DNA of 54,975 nucleotides, taken from positions 1 to 54,975 of the forward strand of contig CAJWPJ010000005.1 of NCBI GenBank assembly GCA_913045115.1. The letters are read 5' to 3'. Shown here in pieces: positions 19,344-30,945 of this stretch. Both the position numbers and the translations under genes were made by a program. The notes beneath the pieces were generated by a model that saw only the letters and a list, made by a program, of their open reading frames with translations, made no database searches and was not told where the DNA came from. Each line of letters starts with the position of its first letter. The stretch's first letter is position 1. Source of the DNA: an uncultured Gammaproteobacteria bacterium. Its GTDB lineage: Bacteria; Pseudomonadota; Gammaproteobacteria; GCA-002705445; GCA-002716945.

Positions 19344-20671
19344 ATCTCACAAATTCCCTCTAACGAAGCTCTATTAGCTTTTGTAATACTGATGTTTACT
19401 AACTGTCCGATTAGACTCCTATCACCTCTGAAACTTACTGTTTTGTTTGTGAGTGTTCTACCGTATAAATTTCGCGAATCTGTTTTAGACATTCCCTCTA
19501 TAAGCACCTCTTGGTTTGTACCAACTAATTTAGATAGATACTTTTTAGAGTTCTCTCGTATAAGGTTTTGTACCAAACTTAATCTTTTTTTCTTTTCAGC
19601 TATAGTCACGTCGTCCGGCTCAGACGATGCTGGAGTGCCCGGTCTTTTACTGTATATAAAGCTATAGCCATCATCAAAACCAATCTGTTCAATCAAATCG
19701 AGAGTTTCCTCGAAACATGTATTGGATTCACCAGGATAACCAATAATAAAATCTGACGTGATGCTTATGTCTGGTCTGATTTTTCTAACTTTGGTAATCA
19801 TATTTTTATACTCCAGTACAGTATGCTTTCTTTTCATCTTTGAAAGTATTAAATCAGAACCTGATTGAATTGGTAAGTGTAAATTACTACATAATTTTGA
19901 ATTGCTGTATTCTTCAATTAAGTCATCGGTAAAATCAATTGGGTGAGAAGTTGTATGTCTTATCCTGGCAATACCATCGATCCTTGATATGTACCTAATT
20001 AATTCTGAGAAACTTATTGATCTATTATCTTTGTTTCTGATTCCCTTATATGCATTAACATTTTGACCAAGTAAAATAATCTCTCTTACACCATTACGAG
20101 CTAAGCTGGAGACCTCAAAAAGTATCTCGTCAAGAGATCTACTGACCTCTTCGCCTCTAGTATATGGAACTACACAAAATGTACAATACTTACTGCATCC
20201 CTCCATAATAGAAACATATGCAGAAACATCTGATGATGTCGATTGGGGCAGGAAATCAAATTTTTCGATTAGTGGAAAAGAAACATCTACTGGTTTCATG
20301 TTTTTCAATATTACTTCATCTATCATTTTTGGCAGTCTGTGAAGTGTCTGTGGACCAAAAATAATATCAACACAGGTTGCCCTTTGTTTTAAATTTTTCC
20401 CCTCCTGTGAAGCTACGCAGCCACCAACTGCAATTATAGTCCCAGGTTTAGATTCTTTTATCTTTTTCCATCTACCAAGTTCAGAAAAAACTTTTTCTTG
20501 TGCTTTTTCTCTTATCGAACAAGTATTTAAAATAAGCATATCAGCACTAACAGGATCTTCAGTAGAGGTCATATTATAATGATGCGCCAGGAGCTCTGAG
20601 ATTTTGTCAGAGTCGTACGCATTCATTTGGCAACCCTGAGTTTTAATAAAGTACTTTTTATTTTCTATCAT
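19340..20671 (-). CDS. miaB: tRNA methylthiotransferase MiaB
   Basis: GCQMNAYDS, NTCSIREKA, radical SAM CSKYCTFC, C-terminal TRAM domain. Confidence 0.96.
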   Translation of the reverse strand: MIENKKYFIKTQGCQMNAYDSDKISELLAHHYNMTSTEDPVSADMLILNTCSIREKAQEKVFSELGRWKKIKESKPGTIIAVGGCVASQEGKNLKQRATCVDIIFGPQTLHRLPKMIDEVILKNMKPVDVSFPLIEKFDFLPQSTSSDVSAYVSIMEGCSKYCTFCVVPYTRGEEVSRSLDEILFEVSSLARNGVREIILLGQNVNAYKGIRNKDNRSISFSELIRYISRIDGIARIRHTTSHPIDFTDDLIEEYSNSKLCSNLHLPIQSGSDLILSKMKRKHTVLEYKNMITKVRKIRPDISITSDFIIGYPGESNTCFEETLDLIEQIGFDDGYSFIYSKRPGTPASSEPDDVTIAEKKKRLSLVQNLIRENSKKYLSKLVGTNQEVLIEGMSKTDSRNLYGRTLTNKTVSFRGDRSLIGQLVNISITKANRASLEGICEI

Positions 20672-20674
20672 TTA

Positions 20675-21097
20675 TTAAAAAGGTATGTCTTCATCCTTAA
20701 TGATATCTTGATTTGAAAAACCATTATTATCTTGATTGTTTGGGGAGAAGGTGTCTGTAGAGTCGGACTTGCTTCCTACAAAAGTAAAATTGTCTGAAAT
20801 AATGTCAGTTGAATACTTTTCAACTCCATCTTTATCCTGCCATTTTCTTGTTTGAAGTCTACCTTCAACATACAACTGTTGTCCTTTTTTGACGTACTGA
20901 CCTATTGTTTCTGCGGGTTTATTAAAAAAAACAACCCTATGCCACTCTGTTTTATCCTCATATGATCCTGAATCTTGATTCTTAAATTTTCTGTTTGTGG
21001 CAATAGAAAGGTTTACCACAGCATTACCGCTAGGCATAAATTTAACTTCAGGGTCATTACCAACCCTGCCTAGTAAAATAACTTTATTGACTGACAA
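20675..21097 (-). CDS. ssb: Single-stranded DNA-binding protein
   Basis: SVNKVILLG, TEWHRVV, DEDIPF tail; TTG start with an AAAGGAG Shine-Dalgarno. Confidence 0.97.
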   Translation of the reverse strand: MSVNKVILLGRVGNDPEVKFMPSGNAVVNLSIATNRKFKNQDSGSYEDKTEWHRVVFFNKPAETIGQYVKKGQQLYVEGRLQTRKWQDKDGVEKYSTDIISDNFTFVGSKSDSTDTFSPNNQDNNGFSNQDIIKDEDIPF

Positions 21098-22253
21098 TAT
21101 TAACTCCTTTGTTTTTTACAAACAGACAATTAAATGCCCACATCACAGATATTACAGCAGTAAAAAAGAAAATACCACTTAATCCATATGCATCATACAG
21201 ATATCCACCAATGAATCCGCCAAGAAAAGTTCCAAAAAACTGAAAAGAGGTATAAATGCTCATTGTTAACCCACGATTATCTATATTTGTATTCTTAGAT
21301 AAGGCCGACGGAATACCGGCTTCTAATACACTAAAAGATCCAATATAACAAATTAATGCAAGAGTTATTAAGATAAGACTAGTGTCAAAAAATATATATG
21401 AAAAAACAAGAGATAGCGTAAGCAGCAGTATTGATACATTTCTTATTAAGATTGGTTTGTTTCTCTCTACACCCAATAATGGCAACGTTATGACTAACGA
21501 CAATATAAAAATTGAAGAGTATAACTGTGGAAAATCATCAACTGCAATACTATACATTTCAGACATCATCACTGGTATTGCAATAAAGATTGAAGTTAGT
21601 ATCGTATGTAATACCAAGATATCAAAAAAGAAGCGGTTAAGTTTTCTGTCTAATACTAATTCTTTTAAGTCATAACTGAATTGACTTTTTGATCTCTTAG
21701 CTGCTTTCGGAATAAGGGCTGTAATAAATAAACTAAAAGCTGTAAGGATGATTATCAAAAAGAAAAGACCTGATAGATTAAAATATTTAGTTATTAGTGG
21801 GCCTATTATAAACGCACTAAAAAAAGCAGCTCCGATCGCAACTCCAACAATTGCCATTGATATTGTTCGATTCTTCTCTGCGGTGCTATCAGATAATAGT
21901 GCCATTAAAACACCTGAGATAGCACCCGCTCCTTGAAGCGCTCTTCCAAGGACAAGATAGTAAATATTGTTTGTGTAAGCGCAAATTAGTGAGCCCAGAA
22001 GAAATATTAGCAAGCCAATAAATATGATAGTCTTTCGACCGTAACGATCAGACAGTAAACCGAATGGAATTTGCATTATGGCATTTGCAAGACCATAGAT
22101 TCCTAGTGTAACTCCAATTAAGAATGGAGTTGAGTAATTATATGAATCAGCGTACACAGATAACACTGGAAATATCATAAAAGCGCCAAGCATCCTAAAA
22201 AAATACATTAGAGTAATTATGGAAATAGATTTCTTTTCTAAATCTGAGAACAT
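21084..22253 (-). CDS. yajR: MFS transporter, YajR-like, without the C-terminal YAM domain
   Basis: RMLGAFMIFPV, QIPFGLLSDRYGRK, GRALQGAGA, YTSFQFFG; sits between uvrA and ssb. Confidence 0.85.
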   Translation of the reverse strand: MFSDLEKKSISIITLMYFFRMLGAFMIFPVLSVYADSYNYSTPFLIGVTLGIYGLANAIMQIPFGLLSDRYGRKTIIFIGLLIFLLGSLICAYTNNIYYLVLGRALQGAGAISGVLMALLSDSTAEKNRTISMAIVGVAIGAAFFSAFIIGPLITKYFNLSGLFFLIIILTAFSLFITALIPKAAKRSKSQFSYDLKELVLDRKLNRFFFDILVLHTILTSIFIAIPVMMSEMYSIAVDDFPQLYSSIFILSLVITLPLLGVERNKPILIRNVSILLLTLSLVFSYIFFDTSLILITLALICYIGSFSVLEAGIPSALSKNTNIDNRGLTMSIYTSFQFFGTFLGGFIGGYLYDAYGLSGIFFFTAVISVMWAFNCLFVKNKGVNIVSQ

Positions 22254-22352
22254 ATGCAAAAGAAATTCAGTAAACCAGACGTATAAACAAAGCTATAATT
22301 ATAAACATGATATACAGTTTGCCTCAATTTCTACTCCAATAGATAAGAGTAA

Positions 22353-22361
22353 ATTATAGCA
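22353..22361 (-). promoter_or_regulatory. Extended -10 promoter candidate for the yajR-ssb-miaB...lptE run
   Basis: TG-C-TATAAT on the minus strand, about 100 bp upstream of yajR. Confidence 0.5.
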
Positions 22362-22409
22362 CAAGCAAACTGTTGGTCTTATAACATTAAAAAATGTTAA
22401 TATTGTCTG

Positions 22410-25259
22410 ATGGATAAATACATTAAGATTAAAGGAGCTAGAACTCATAATCTTAAAAATATTGATTTAGACCTTCCAAAAAATAATTTAATTACTATAA
22501 CTGGCCTATCTGGATCAGGAAAGTCATCTTTAGCATTTGATACAATATTTGCTGAAGGTCAAAGGAGGTATGTAGAATCACTATCGGCATATGCTAGACA
22601 ATTTTTATCAATGGTAGACAAACCAGATGTTGATAAGATAGAGGGATTATCGCCAGCTATATCGATAGAGCAAAAATCCACATCTCATAATCCAAGGTCC
22701 ACTGTTGGTACTGTAACAGAAATTTATGATTATCTGAGATTATTATATGCAAGAATAGGCGAACCAAGATGTCCGGAACACAATGTTAGTCTAGATGCGA
22801 TGTCTACATCTGAGATGTATCTGAAGCTCTGTGAGACCGTGCAAGGAAAAACTATATTCATTCTTTCGCCTATCGTAAGGCAACAAAAAGGTGAACACGT
22901 CAAAGTTATACAAGATTTTGCAAAACAAGGTTATAGCCGCGTAAGAGTAAACGGCGAAATTCATAAGATAACTGATATCTCTAAACATATGATTGGTCAT
23001 GTGATTGATCCAAAGAAAAAAAATGATATAGAAGTTCTAGTAGATAGAGTTGAAGTGAACGAAATGAATAAACTTAGAATTATTGAATCATTGAATTCTT
23101 GCTCAGAGATTTCTGAAGGTATCATATTTATAAATGAAATTGATGATAACAAAGAAAGTATCTTTTCCACTAAGTATGCTTGCCCATACTGCGGATATTC
23201 AGTTGGTAAACTCGAACCAAAATTATTTTCGTTTAATTCTCCTGCAGGAGCATGTGAACGATGTGATGGTTTGGGTGTTGATGAATTCTTTGATGAAAAT
23301 AAAATTATCGAAAATTCTGAACTTAGTTTAAATGATGGAGCCATCTCAGGATGGGATTCAAAAAACTATTTATACAATTCGATACTTGTCTCGTTAGCTG
23401 AGCACTTCAAAATTAATATTGATGAGAAGTTTTACAAACTACCAAAAAAATTTAAAGACATTCTCTTCAATGGATCAGATGATATTATTGAGTTCAATAT
23501 CAGGAAACTTAGTAAAAAAACAAAAAAATTTGTGAATACAACTGAAAAAAGATCATGGGAAGGAATATGTAATATTTTTGAAAGAAATTATAATAACGCG
23601 TTTAGATTTAGTGTTAAGAGATATTATGAAAAATTCCTTACTGAGAGTATCTGTAGGAAATGTGATGGAGATAGGCTAAATACTCCTGCAAGAAATGTTT
23701 TTGTTGGAGAAAAATCTATAAGTGAAGTTTCCAGTTTGAATGTTGAAGAGGCAATACAATTTTTTGAAAATATAAAACTTGATAGCATGAAAGAAAAAAT
23801 CTCTGAAAAAATAATATATGAGATTTCATCCCGCTTAAAGTTCTTAAATAATGTTGGACTAAGATATCTCACGCTATCGAGAAGCGCAGAGACCTTATCG
23901 GGAGGTGAGTCACAAAGAATTAGACTTGCTAGTCAGATAGGCTCTGGTTTGACTGGAGTAATGTATGTGCTAGATGAGCCCTCAATAGGATTGCATCAAA
24001 GAGATAATGATAGACTTCTCAAGACCTTAAAAAATCTCCGAGATTTAGGAAATACAGTAATTGTGGTTGAGCATGATGAGGATACTATTCTATCGTCAGA
24101 TCATATAGTTGATATTGGACCTAATGCTGGTGTTCATGGGGGAGAAGTAGTATTTTCTGGGAAACCATCAAAATTAATATCCGCTTCCTCTCATACATCA
24201 GACTTTATTTCAGGCAAAAATAAAATAGAGGTCCCAGAGAATCGTCTTAAAGCAAGTAAAAAGTGGTTATCTATTAAAAAAGCTTGTGCAAATAATTTAA
24301 ATAACATCAATGTTCAGATACCTATTGGCTTGTTAACGTGTATAACCGGAGTATCCGGATCGGGTAAATCATCACTTATCAATAATGTTTTATATTCATC
24401 CATTGTAAATAAATTGCTTGATAACAATGAGGGGTACGTGGACTGTGAGAGTATTGATGGAGTAAATAATATTGATAAGATAATAGATATTGATCAAAGC
24501 CCGATCGGGAGAACGCCAAGATCTAATCCCATAACGTATACAGGAATTTTTTCATTAATAAGAGAAGAATTTTCCAAGAAGCCAGAATCTAAATCTAGGG
24601 GATATACTCCGGGAAGATTTAGTTTCAATGTTAAAGGGAAAAATAATGGTGTCTGTCCAAATTGTGATGGACAAGGTCAAATAAAAGTGGAGATGCATTT
24701 TCTATCAGATGTCTATGTTCAGTGTGAAAAATGTAATGGAAAAAGGTATAACAATGAAACTTTAGAGATAAAGTTAAACGAAAAAGATATTAGTGACGTT
24801 CTAGACATGACAGTTGAAGAGGCGCTAGATTTTTTTAAGAACTATCCAAGAATATACAAGAAATTGATGGTATTGTCTGATGTTGGTTTAGGTTATATAA
24901 AATTAGGCCAGAGTGCTATAACGTTATCGGGTGGTGAGGCACAAAGGATAAAACTCGCGAAAGAATTAATTAGACCCGACACTGGTCATACGTTGTATGT
25001 GCTAGATGAACCAACAACTGGTCTTCATAACTATGACGTTAAAAACTTATTGAAAGTTTTAGAAAGATTAAAAGATAAAGGCAACACAATGATAATTATT
25101 GAACATAATTTAGACGTTATTAAGACTGCAGATTGGATTATAGATCTTGGACCAGAAGGCGGAAGCGGTGGCGGTGATGTTGTTGGTTACGGTACGCCGG
25201 AGGACTTGGCCAAAATAAAACACTCGTATACAGGAAAGTATTTGAAAGGGAAGCTTTAA
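22410..25259 (+). CDS. uvrA: Excinuclease ABC subunit A
   Basis: Two ABC ATPase cassettes (GLSGSGKS, GVSGSGKS, LSGGE), zinc fingers, 949 aa. Confidence 0.98.
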   Translation: MDKYIKIKGARTHNLKNIDLDLPKNNLITITGLSGSGKSSLAFDTIFAEGQRRYVESLSAYARQFLSMVDKPDVDKIEGLSPAISIEQKSTSHNPRSTVGTVTEIYDYLRLLYARIGEPRCPEHNVSLDAMSTSEMYLKLCETVQGKTIFILSPIVRQQKGEHVKVIQDFAKQGYSRVRVNGEIHKITDISKHMIGHVIDPKKKNDIEVLVDRVEVNEMNKLRIIESLNSCSEISEGIIFINEIDDNKESIFSTKYACPYCGYSVGKLEPKLFSFNSPAGACERCDGLGVDEFFDENKIIENSELSLNDGAISGWDSKNYLYNSILVSLAEHFKINIDEKFYKLPKKFKDILFNGSDDIIEFNIRKLSKKTKKFVNTTEKRSWEGICNIFERNYNNAFRFSVKRYYEKFLTESICRKCDGDRLNTPARNVFVGEKSISEVSSLNVEEAIQFFENIKLDSMKEKISEKIIYEISSRLKFLNNVGLRYLTLSRSAETLSGGESQRIRLASQIGSGLTGVMYVLDEPSIGLHQRDNDRLLKTLKNLRDLGNTVIVVEHDEDTILSSDHIVDIGPNAGVHGGEVVFSGKPSKLISASSHTSDFISGKNKIEVPENRLKASKKWLSIKKACANNLNNINVQIPIGLLTCITGVSGSGKSSLINNVLYSSIVNKLLDNNEGYVDCESIDGVNNIDKIIDIDQSPIGRTPRSNPITYTGIFSLIREEFSKKPESKSRGYTPGRFSFNVKGKNNGVCPNCDGQGQIKVEMHFLSDVYVQCEKCNGKRYNNETLEIKLNEKDISDVLDMTVEEALDFFKNYPRIYKKLMVLSDVGLGYIKLGQSAITLSGGEAQRIKLAKELIRPDTGHTLYVLDEPTTGLHNYDVKNLLKVLERLKDKGNTMIIIEHNLDVIKTADWIIDLGPEGGSGGGDVVGYGTPEDLAKIKHSYTGKYLKGKL

Positions 25260-25261
25260 CG

Positions 25262-25615
25262 CTATTCGGATAGCAGAACGTAAGCAACAGGGGAGGCGTC
25301 ACCTAATCGATATCCTTTCTTTAGGATTCGCAAATAGCCTCCAGGACGACTTTTGAACCGTGGGCCCAAAACTTCAAAAAGCTTCTTAACAACTTTTTTG
25401 TCACCTAATCTTGAATAAGCCAACCTTCTTCTCATTAGAGTATCGTTTTTTGCGAGTGTTATGAGTGGTTCTGCAGTTTTACGAAGCTCTTTAGCTTTCG
25501 CTAAGGATGTCTCTATATGCTCATGCTGAAATAATGATATAGCCATATTCTTAAACATAGCTTTCCTATGCGAAGAGTTTCTATTTAATTGTCTGCCTGA
25601 TTTCTTATGTCTCAT
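25262..25615 (-). CDS. rplQ: 50S ribosomal protein L17
   Basis: [20 protein letters not shown]; true start at 25615. Confidence 0.97.
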   Translation of the reverse strand: MRHKKSGRQLNRNSSHRKAMFKNMAISLFQHEHIETSLAKAKELRKTAEPLITLAKNDTLMRRRLAYSRLGDKKVVKKLFEVLGPRFKSRPGGYLRILKKGYRLGDASPVAYVLLSE

Positions 25616-26598
25616 TATCTTTTTTCTATACTCTTGGGTGGCCAATCCTCAATAATCTGACCAAGTGATAGGCTATGTGTTGACAATACATCTTTTATCT
25701 CTGTAAGAGACTTTTTCCCAAGATTGGGTGTTTTGAGTAACTCATTCTCACTCCTTTGAACAAGGTCTCCAATATAGTGAATATTCTCGGCTTTTAAACA
25801 GTTCGCTGATCTCACTGTTAATTCAAGATCATCAACTGGCCTTAGTAGCACAGGGTCGATATGATTTTCATCGATTTCGTCTTGTGTATCATCTTTAATC
25901 TCTAAGTGACTGAATACTTCTAGCTGCTCTCTGAGAATTTTTCCAGCTGTTCTGATTGCATCTTCAGGGTTTATGGTGCTGTTAGTCTCGAGCTCAATAA
26001 TAAGTTTGTCTAAATCTGCTCTCTGTTTTACCCTTGCATTGTCCACACTATAAGAAACTTTCTCAACGGGAGTAAATGATGCATCAACTTGCATTTTACC
26101 AATACCAAGGTCTTCAAGTTCATTAAATTTCCTTTTCATTGCAGGCTGATAGCCTTTACCTTGAGAAATTGTTAAATTAATAACCAGTTCAGTCTTATCA
26201 TTTGTAATATTTGCTAAACAAAAATCTGGGTTTTTTATTTCAAGGTTGGGATGCTCTTCTATATCTGATGCTAAAACTGGCCCCTTACCTTTTTTACGAA
26301 GAACCACTTCTATCTTCTCCTTCTCATGTAGAATTATTGCTAACTTCTTAATATTTAGTATTATCTCTAAAACATCTTCTTGTACGCCATCGATAGTACT
26401 GTATTCATGAAGAATGTTTTCAATGGAAACTTCAGTGACAGCACTTCCCGGCATTGATGATAATAAAACTCTTCTAAGTGCGTTGCCCAGCGTATGACCA
26501 AAACCTCTCTCAAGAGGCTGTATGACTATCTTTGATCTAGAATCAGATATCATTTCAATATCGACTAAGTTTGGTTTTAAAAATGTGATTGCTTTCAT
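25615..26598 (-). CDS. rpoA: RNA polymerase alpha subunit
   Basis: [28 protein letters not shown]. Confidence 0.98.
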   Translation of the reverse strand: MKAITFLKPNLVDIEMISDSRSKIVIQPLERGFGHTLGNALRRVLLSSMPGSAVTEVSIENILHEYSTIDGVQEDVLEIILNIKKLAIILHEKEKIEVVLRKKGKGPVLASDIEEHPNLEIKNPDFCLANITNDKTELVINLTISQGKGYQPAMKRKFNELEDLGIGKMQVDASFTPVEKVSYSVDNARVKQRADLDKLIIELETNSTINPEDAIRTAGKILREQLEVFSHLEIKDDTQDEIDENHIDPVLLRPVDDLELTVRSANCLKAENIHYIGDLVQRSENELLKTPNLGKKSLTEIKDVLSTHSLSLGQIIEDWPPKSIEKR

Positions 26599-26608
26599 AA
26601 GTTACCTG

Positions 26609-27229
26609 CTATTTTGAATATAATTCTACAATTAACGATTCGTTGATTTCTTTCGGTAGTTCAGATCTTTCTGGAATTCTTAAATATGTCGCAGTAAGAT
26701 TTTTAGAGTCTACATCAATCCAATCATTCGAATTCCTCGTTTCAGCTACCGACATCGCAAACTGAATTCGTGATTGATCCTTACATTTGTTTCTCACTGA
26801 AATTTTATCTGTTGCTTGAACTTGATAAGATGGGATATTGATAACGTTACCATTAACTTCTATATTTTTGTGGTTAACTAATTGTCTAGATTCTGCTCGT
26901 GTAGAACCGAAACCTGATCTGTAGACAACGTTATCTAATCTAGATTCTAAAAACGTAAGTAGATTCTCGCCAGTGGACCCTTTTTTACTAGCAGATTTTT
27001 TGTAGTAATTTCTGAATTGTTTCTCTAAGACGCCGTACAATCTTTTCACTTTTTGTTTTTCTCTTAACTGTAGTGCGTAATCAGATAGTTTTTCCCTCCT
27101 CTCACCAACGATTCCTGGTTTTCTCTCTAGATTACATTTGGTATCTAAAGCTCGAGATCCAGACTTTAGATAAAGATCAGTTCCTTCTCGTCTCATTAAT
27201 TTACATTTTGAACCAGTGTACTTAGCCAT
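26609..27229 (-). CDS. rpsD: 30S ribosomal protein S4
   Basis: [25 protein letters not shown]. Confidence 0.98.
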   Translation of the reverse strand: MAKYTGSKCKLMRREGTDLYLKSGSRALDTKCNLERKPGIVGERREKLSDYALQLREKQKVKRLYGVLEKQFRNYYKKSASKKGSTGENLLTFLESRLDNVVYRSGFGSTRAESRQLVNHKNIEVNGNVINIPSYQVQATDKISVRNKCKDQSRIQFAMSVAETRNSNDWIDVDSKNLTATYLRIPERSELPKEINESLIVELYSK

Positions 27230-27612
27230 TAAACTCTTCTCTTCTTAGGTGGTCTGCAACCATTATGCGGTAGCGGAGTTATATCTTTGATGTTTGTAAT
27301 TTTAAAACCGACATTATTTAAAGCTCTCACTGCAGAGTCTCTTCCAGGGCCCGGACCTTTTACTAATACTTCTAAGCTTTTAAGACCAAATACAGTAGCT
27401 TTCTGACCAGCTTTTTCTGCAGCAATTTGTGCTGCAAAAGGCGTACTTTTTCTTGAGCCCCTGAATCCAGAACCGCCAGATGTAGCCCATGCAAGAGTGT
27501 TGCCTTGCTTATCAGTTATTGTAACTATTGTATTATTAAAGGATGCGTTAATATGAGCAACACCCTCGTTAACAATTTTCTTTACTTTTTTCTTCTTTGA
27601 TTTTTCTACCAT
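27229..27612 (-). CDS. rpsK: 30S ribosomal protein S11
   Basis: [25 protein letters not shown]. Confidence 0.98.
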   Translation of the reverse strand: MVEKSKKKKVKKIVNEGVAHINASFNNTIVTITDKQGNTLAWATSGGSGFRGSRKSTPFAAQIAAEKAGQKATVFGLKSLEVLVKGPGPGRDSAVRALNNVGFKITNIKDITPLPHNGCRPPKKRRV

Positions 27613-27613
27613 A

Positions 27614-27973
27614 TTATTTCGCTTTTAATAATTTTCTAGGACCTTTTCGAGTTCTACTGTTATTTTTTGTTTTTTGACCTCTTAACGGTAAACCTTTTCT
27701 ATGTCTAATTCCTCTGTATGAACCTACATCCATCAATCTCTTGATGTTCATGGAGTTCTCTCTTCTCAGATCTCCCTCTAATTGATAATCATCTATAAAC
27801 TGACGAATACTCTCTAAGTCCTTTTCCTCCAGATCTTTAACTTTTTTTGTAGCTTCAATGCCAACTTTGTCACATATATACCTTGCTCTAGTGTCACCTA
27901 TGCCATAGATAGATGTTAAAGCAATCCATATATGCTTGTTATTTGGTAGATTTATTCCTGCTATTCTTGCCAT
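27614..27973 (-). CDS. rpsM: 30S ribosomal protein S13
   Basis: [21 protein letters not shown]. Confidence 0.98.
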   Translation of the reverse strand: MARIAGINLPNNKHIWIALTSIYGIGDTRARYICDKVGIEATKKVKDLEEKDLESIRQFIDDYQLEGDLRRENSMNIKRLMDVGSYRGIRHRKGLPLRGQKTKNNSRTRKGPRKLLKAK

Positions 27974-27992
27974 TAATTATCTCTGAGCGTAA

Positions 27993-28021
27993 ATTCTATA
28001 GTTCATTGGTCTTGAATACAA
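27993..28021 (-). promoter_or_regulatory. Alpha-operon promoter candidate
   Basis: TTGTAT-17 bp-TAGAAT in the rpmJ-rpsM gap. Confidence 0.6.
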
Positions 28022-28029
28022 CATATATA

Positions 28030-28143
28030 TTACCCCTGCCTTTGTTTGTGTCGAGGGTCTTTGCATATAACTCTGACAACACGATTCCTTCTAATTATTC
28101 GGCAATTCCTACATAATTTTTTGACTGATGCTCTTACCTTCAT
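28030..28143 (-). CDS. rpmJ: 50S ribosomal protein L36 (Zn-binding form)
   Basis: Below the track cutoff. Manual translation: [37 protein letters not shown]; ATGA overlap with secY. Confidence 0.97.
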   Translation of the reverse strand: MKVRASVKKLCRNCRIIRRNRVVRVICKDPRHKQRQG

Positions 28144-29489
28144 CTCATTCCTCCTCCTATCCCTCTGAGGTTAGCTTTCTTCATCATTCCCTCATACTGC
28201 TGTGATAATAAATGAGATTGCACTTGTGCCATCAAATCCATTACGACGACTACAACTATAAGTAATGATGTTCCCCCGAAGTAAAATGGTACATTAAAAT
28301 ACAAGATTAAAAATTCTGGAAGGAGACAGACTGCCGTGATATAAATTGCGCCAACAGTCGTTAATTTAGTAGTAATACCATCTATATAATTTGCTGTTTG
28401 ATCTCCGGGTCTTATTCCAGGTATGAATGCTCCTGATTTTTTTAGGTTATCAGCAGTTTCTTTTGGATTGAAAACCAATGCAGTATAAAAAAAACAAAAG
28501 AAAATTATAGCAAGAGCATATAGCATTATGTACGGAGGTTGACCTGGCGATAAAGTCATTGCTATCTTTTGAACTATGCTATCTGGTGAACCGGATCCTG
28601 ACCAGCTAGCAATGGTTGCAGGAAACAAGATGATAGCGGACGCAAATATTGGCGGGATCACACCTGCCATATTTAACTTCAGCGGAAGGAAGCTGCTCTG
28701 TGCAGCATACATCTTGCGGCCTTGCATTTTTCTTGCGTAATTAATTGGAATCTTCCTTTGTCCTCGCTCAACATACACCACAAACGCTGTGATAACTATC
28801 GCTAATAAGAATATAAGAATCACGCTAAAGTTTTGTATTTCCCCATTTCTTGCAAGCTCTATTGTTCCACCAATAGCAGATGGTAACCCAGCAACAATAC
28901 CAGCAAAGATTATTATAGATATTCCATTGCCCACTCCTCGTTCGGTAATTTGTTCACCGAGCCATATTAGAAACATTGTGCCTGTGACTAGTGTAACTAC
29001 ACCTGTAATAAAAAATCCCAGTCCAGGATCTAGTACCAAGGTAGTTGATGATGTGTTTTGATTCATAAGTGCGTTCATAACACCCATAGATTGAAGTAGC
29101 GCAAGGACCAATGTGAAGTAACGGGTATATTTTGTTATTGTCTTTCTTCCTCTCTCACCTTCTTTTCTTAGCTGTATGAGAGGCGAATAGATATGTGTCA
29201 TCATTTGTATGATAATTGATGCTGATATGTAAGGCATAACGCCAAGTGCGAAAATTGACATTCTGGATAATGACCCTCCAGAAAACATATTAAACATATC
29301 TAGAATGCTTCCTCTTTGCTGTTCAAACAAGAAGCTCATCACGGCAGGGTCAATACCGGGAAGTGTAATAAAACTTCCTAATCTAAAAACTATTAGCGCG
29401 AAAATAACAAAGAATATTCTTTGTCTTAATTCAGAGGATTTTGTTAGCCCACCAAGATTTGGGGACATACCTGATGCAGCCCTTGACAT
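28140..29489 (-). CDS. secY: Preprotein translocase SecY
   Basis: [36 protein letters not shown]. Confidence 0.98.
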   Translation of the reverse strand: MSRAASGMSPNLGGLTKSSELRQRIFFVIFALIVFRLGSFITLPGIDPAVMSFLFEQQRGSILDMFNMFSGGSLSRMSIFALGVMPYISASIIIQMMTHIYSPLIQLRKEGERGRKTITKYTRYFTLVLALLQSMGVMNALMNQNTSSTTLVLDPGLGFFITGVVTLVTGTMFLIWLGEQITERGVGNGISIIIFAGIVAGLPSAIGGTIELARNGEIQNFSVILIFLLAIVITAFVVYVERGQRKIPINYARKMQGRKMYAAQSSFLPLKLNMAGVIPPIFASAIILFPATIASWSGSGSPDSIVQKIAMTLSPGQPPYIMLYALAIIFFCFFYTALVFNPKETADNLKKSGAFIPGIRPGDQTANYIDGITTKLTTVGAIYITAVCLLPEFLILYFNVPFYFGGTSLLIVVVVVMDLMAQVQSHLLSQQYEGMMKKANLRGIGGGMR

Positions 29490-29896
29490 TACTTAATAAA
29501 CTCCATTACTGATTTTGTCGCATCTACGTCAACTAAATTTTTCTTCATAGAAATAGTTACTGGACCAATAATTTTAACTTTTTTTGCTTTATTGTTTATT
29601 AGTTTATGTTTTTTTAATAACTCTATTGTGATGTCAGTATCCGAGATTTTTTCTAAATAATCATATTTGAGCTCAACAGTATTGATGTTTTTTCTTGAGG
29701 TGAAACCAACTTTTGGTAACCTCCTTTGGAGAGGCATTTGTCCACCCTCGAATCCCACTTGCACTTTTCCGCCTGTGCGGGATTTCTGACCCTTGTGCCC
29801 ACGACCACAAGTTTTGCCGGTTCCAGAGGCTATCCCTCGCCCAACTCTTTTCTTTGGGTGTTTTGATTCTCTTTTTAACTTTATTTCATTTAACAT
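29489..29896 (-). CDS. rplO: 50S ribosomal protein L15
   Basis: [29 protein letters not shown]. Confidence 0.97.
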   Translation of the reverse strand: MLNEIKLKRESKHPKKRVGRGIASGTGKTCGRGHKGQKSRTGGKVQVGFEGGQMPLQRRLPKVGFTSRKNINTVELKYDYLEKISDTDITIELLKKHKLINNKAKKVKIIGPVTISMKKNLVDVDATKSVMEFIK

Positions 29897-29900
29897 TCTT

Positions 29901-30086
29901 TTACTCTTCGATACGTTCGATATTTACCATGTGCTTTACAACGTTCACCATACCTAAATTTTCAGGTGTATCATCAATGATTCTTGAATCATTTATTTTT
30001 CTCAGCCCTAAACCTTTGATACAAGCTATTTGTTTTTTAGTTTTACCAATTAAACTTAATTTTTGTGAAACTTTAATTTTACTCAT
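29901..30086 (-). CDS. rpmD: 50S ribosomal protein L30
   Basis: [16 protein letters not shown]; synteny. Confidence 0.95.
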   Translation of the reverse strand: MSKIKVSQKLSLIGKTKKQIACIKGLGLRKINDSRIIDDTPENLGMVNVVKHMVNIERIEE

Positions 30087-30094
30087 AATACTTA

Positions 30095-30586
30095 TTATAA
30101 CTCGCTAGTTTTTTTCCCTCTTTTTAGAGCAACCTGTTCGGGGTAATACATTGACTCTAATCCTTTCACAGTTGCCTTGACAACATTTATTGGGTTAGTT
30201 GATCCAATGCTTTTAGCAAGAACATTATGTATGCCAGTTGCTTCAAATACCGCTCTCATTGCTCCACCTGCAATTACTCCTGTACCCTCACCTGCTGGTT
30301 GCATGTATACTTTTGCTGATCCATGCTCATATGTAACCGCATGATGTAAAGTTCCTTTTTTTAAAGATACAGACACCATGCTCTTCTTTGCTTTCTCCAT
30401 GGCTTTTTGGATTGCAACAGGTACTTCTTTTGCTTTTCCATAGCCATATCCAACTCTGCCGTGGCCATCACCGACTACTGTCAAAGCAGTGAATCCAAAT
30501 TGTCTACCACCCTTAACTACTTTTGCAACACGGTTAACCGCAACAAGCTTTTCTATATAATCTGAATTTCTCTCATCAGTAGCCAT
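30095..30586 (-). CDS. rpsE: 30S ribosomal protein S5
   Basis: [20 protein letters not shown]. Confidence 0.98.
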   Translation of the reverse strand: MATDERNSDYIEKLVAVNRVAKVVKGGRQFGFTALTVVGDGHGRVGYGYGKAKEVPVAIQKAMEKAKKSMVSVSLKKGTLHHAVTYEHGSAKVYMQPAGEGTGVIAGGAMRAVFEATGIHNVLAKSIGSTNPINVVKATVKGLESMYYPEQVALKRGKKTSEL

Positions 30587-30945
30587 TATATTTTTACTCC
30601 ATTTTCTCTTAATGCTTCAGCAACAGCTTTGACTCTTCCGTGGTATCGATATCCTGATCGGTCAAATGCTACATTTGAAATCTTAGCTTTTTTGATATAA
30701 GCAGCCATCTTAGTGCCCACATTTTTTGCACTTTCAATATTGTTAGCTTTAGCTTTATTGTCTTTTTGATTTGTCGATATTGTTGTAATCACCTTGTCAC
30801 CCTTTGGTGAAATCAATTGAAGATACATATGTTGAATCGATCTATGTATGCTAATTCTGTGGTTTCCAGAACTAGCTATGTTTGAACGAGTTTTTGCTGC
30901 TCTCCTTAATCTCTGTCCATTTTTATTTCTTATTATAGATTTCAT
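30586..30945 (-). CDS. rplR: 50S ribosomal protein L18
   Basis: [14 protein letters not shown]. Confidence 0.96.
   Translation of the reverse strand: MKSIIRNKNGQRLRRAAKTRSNIASSGNHRISIHRSIQHMYLQLISPKGDKVITTISTNQKDNKAKANNIESAKNVGTKMAAYIKKAKISNVAFDRSGYRYHGRVKAVAEALRENGVKI

Noticed and set aside
22302-22318. TATACAGT as a LexA box upstream of uvrA
   Set aside because: Only a half-site; there is no CTG at the required distance.
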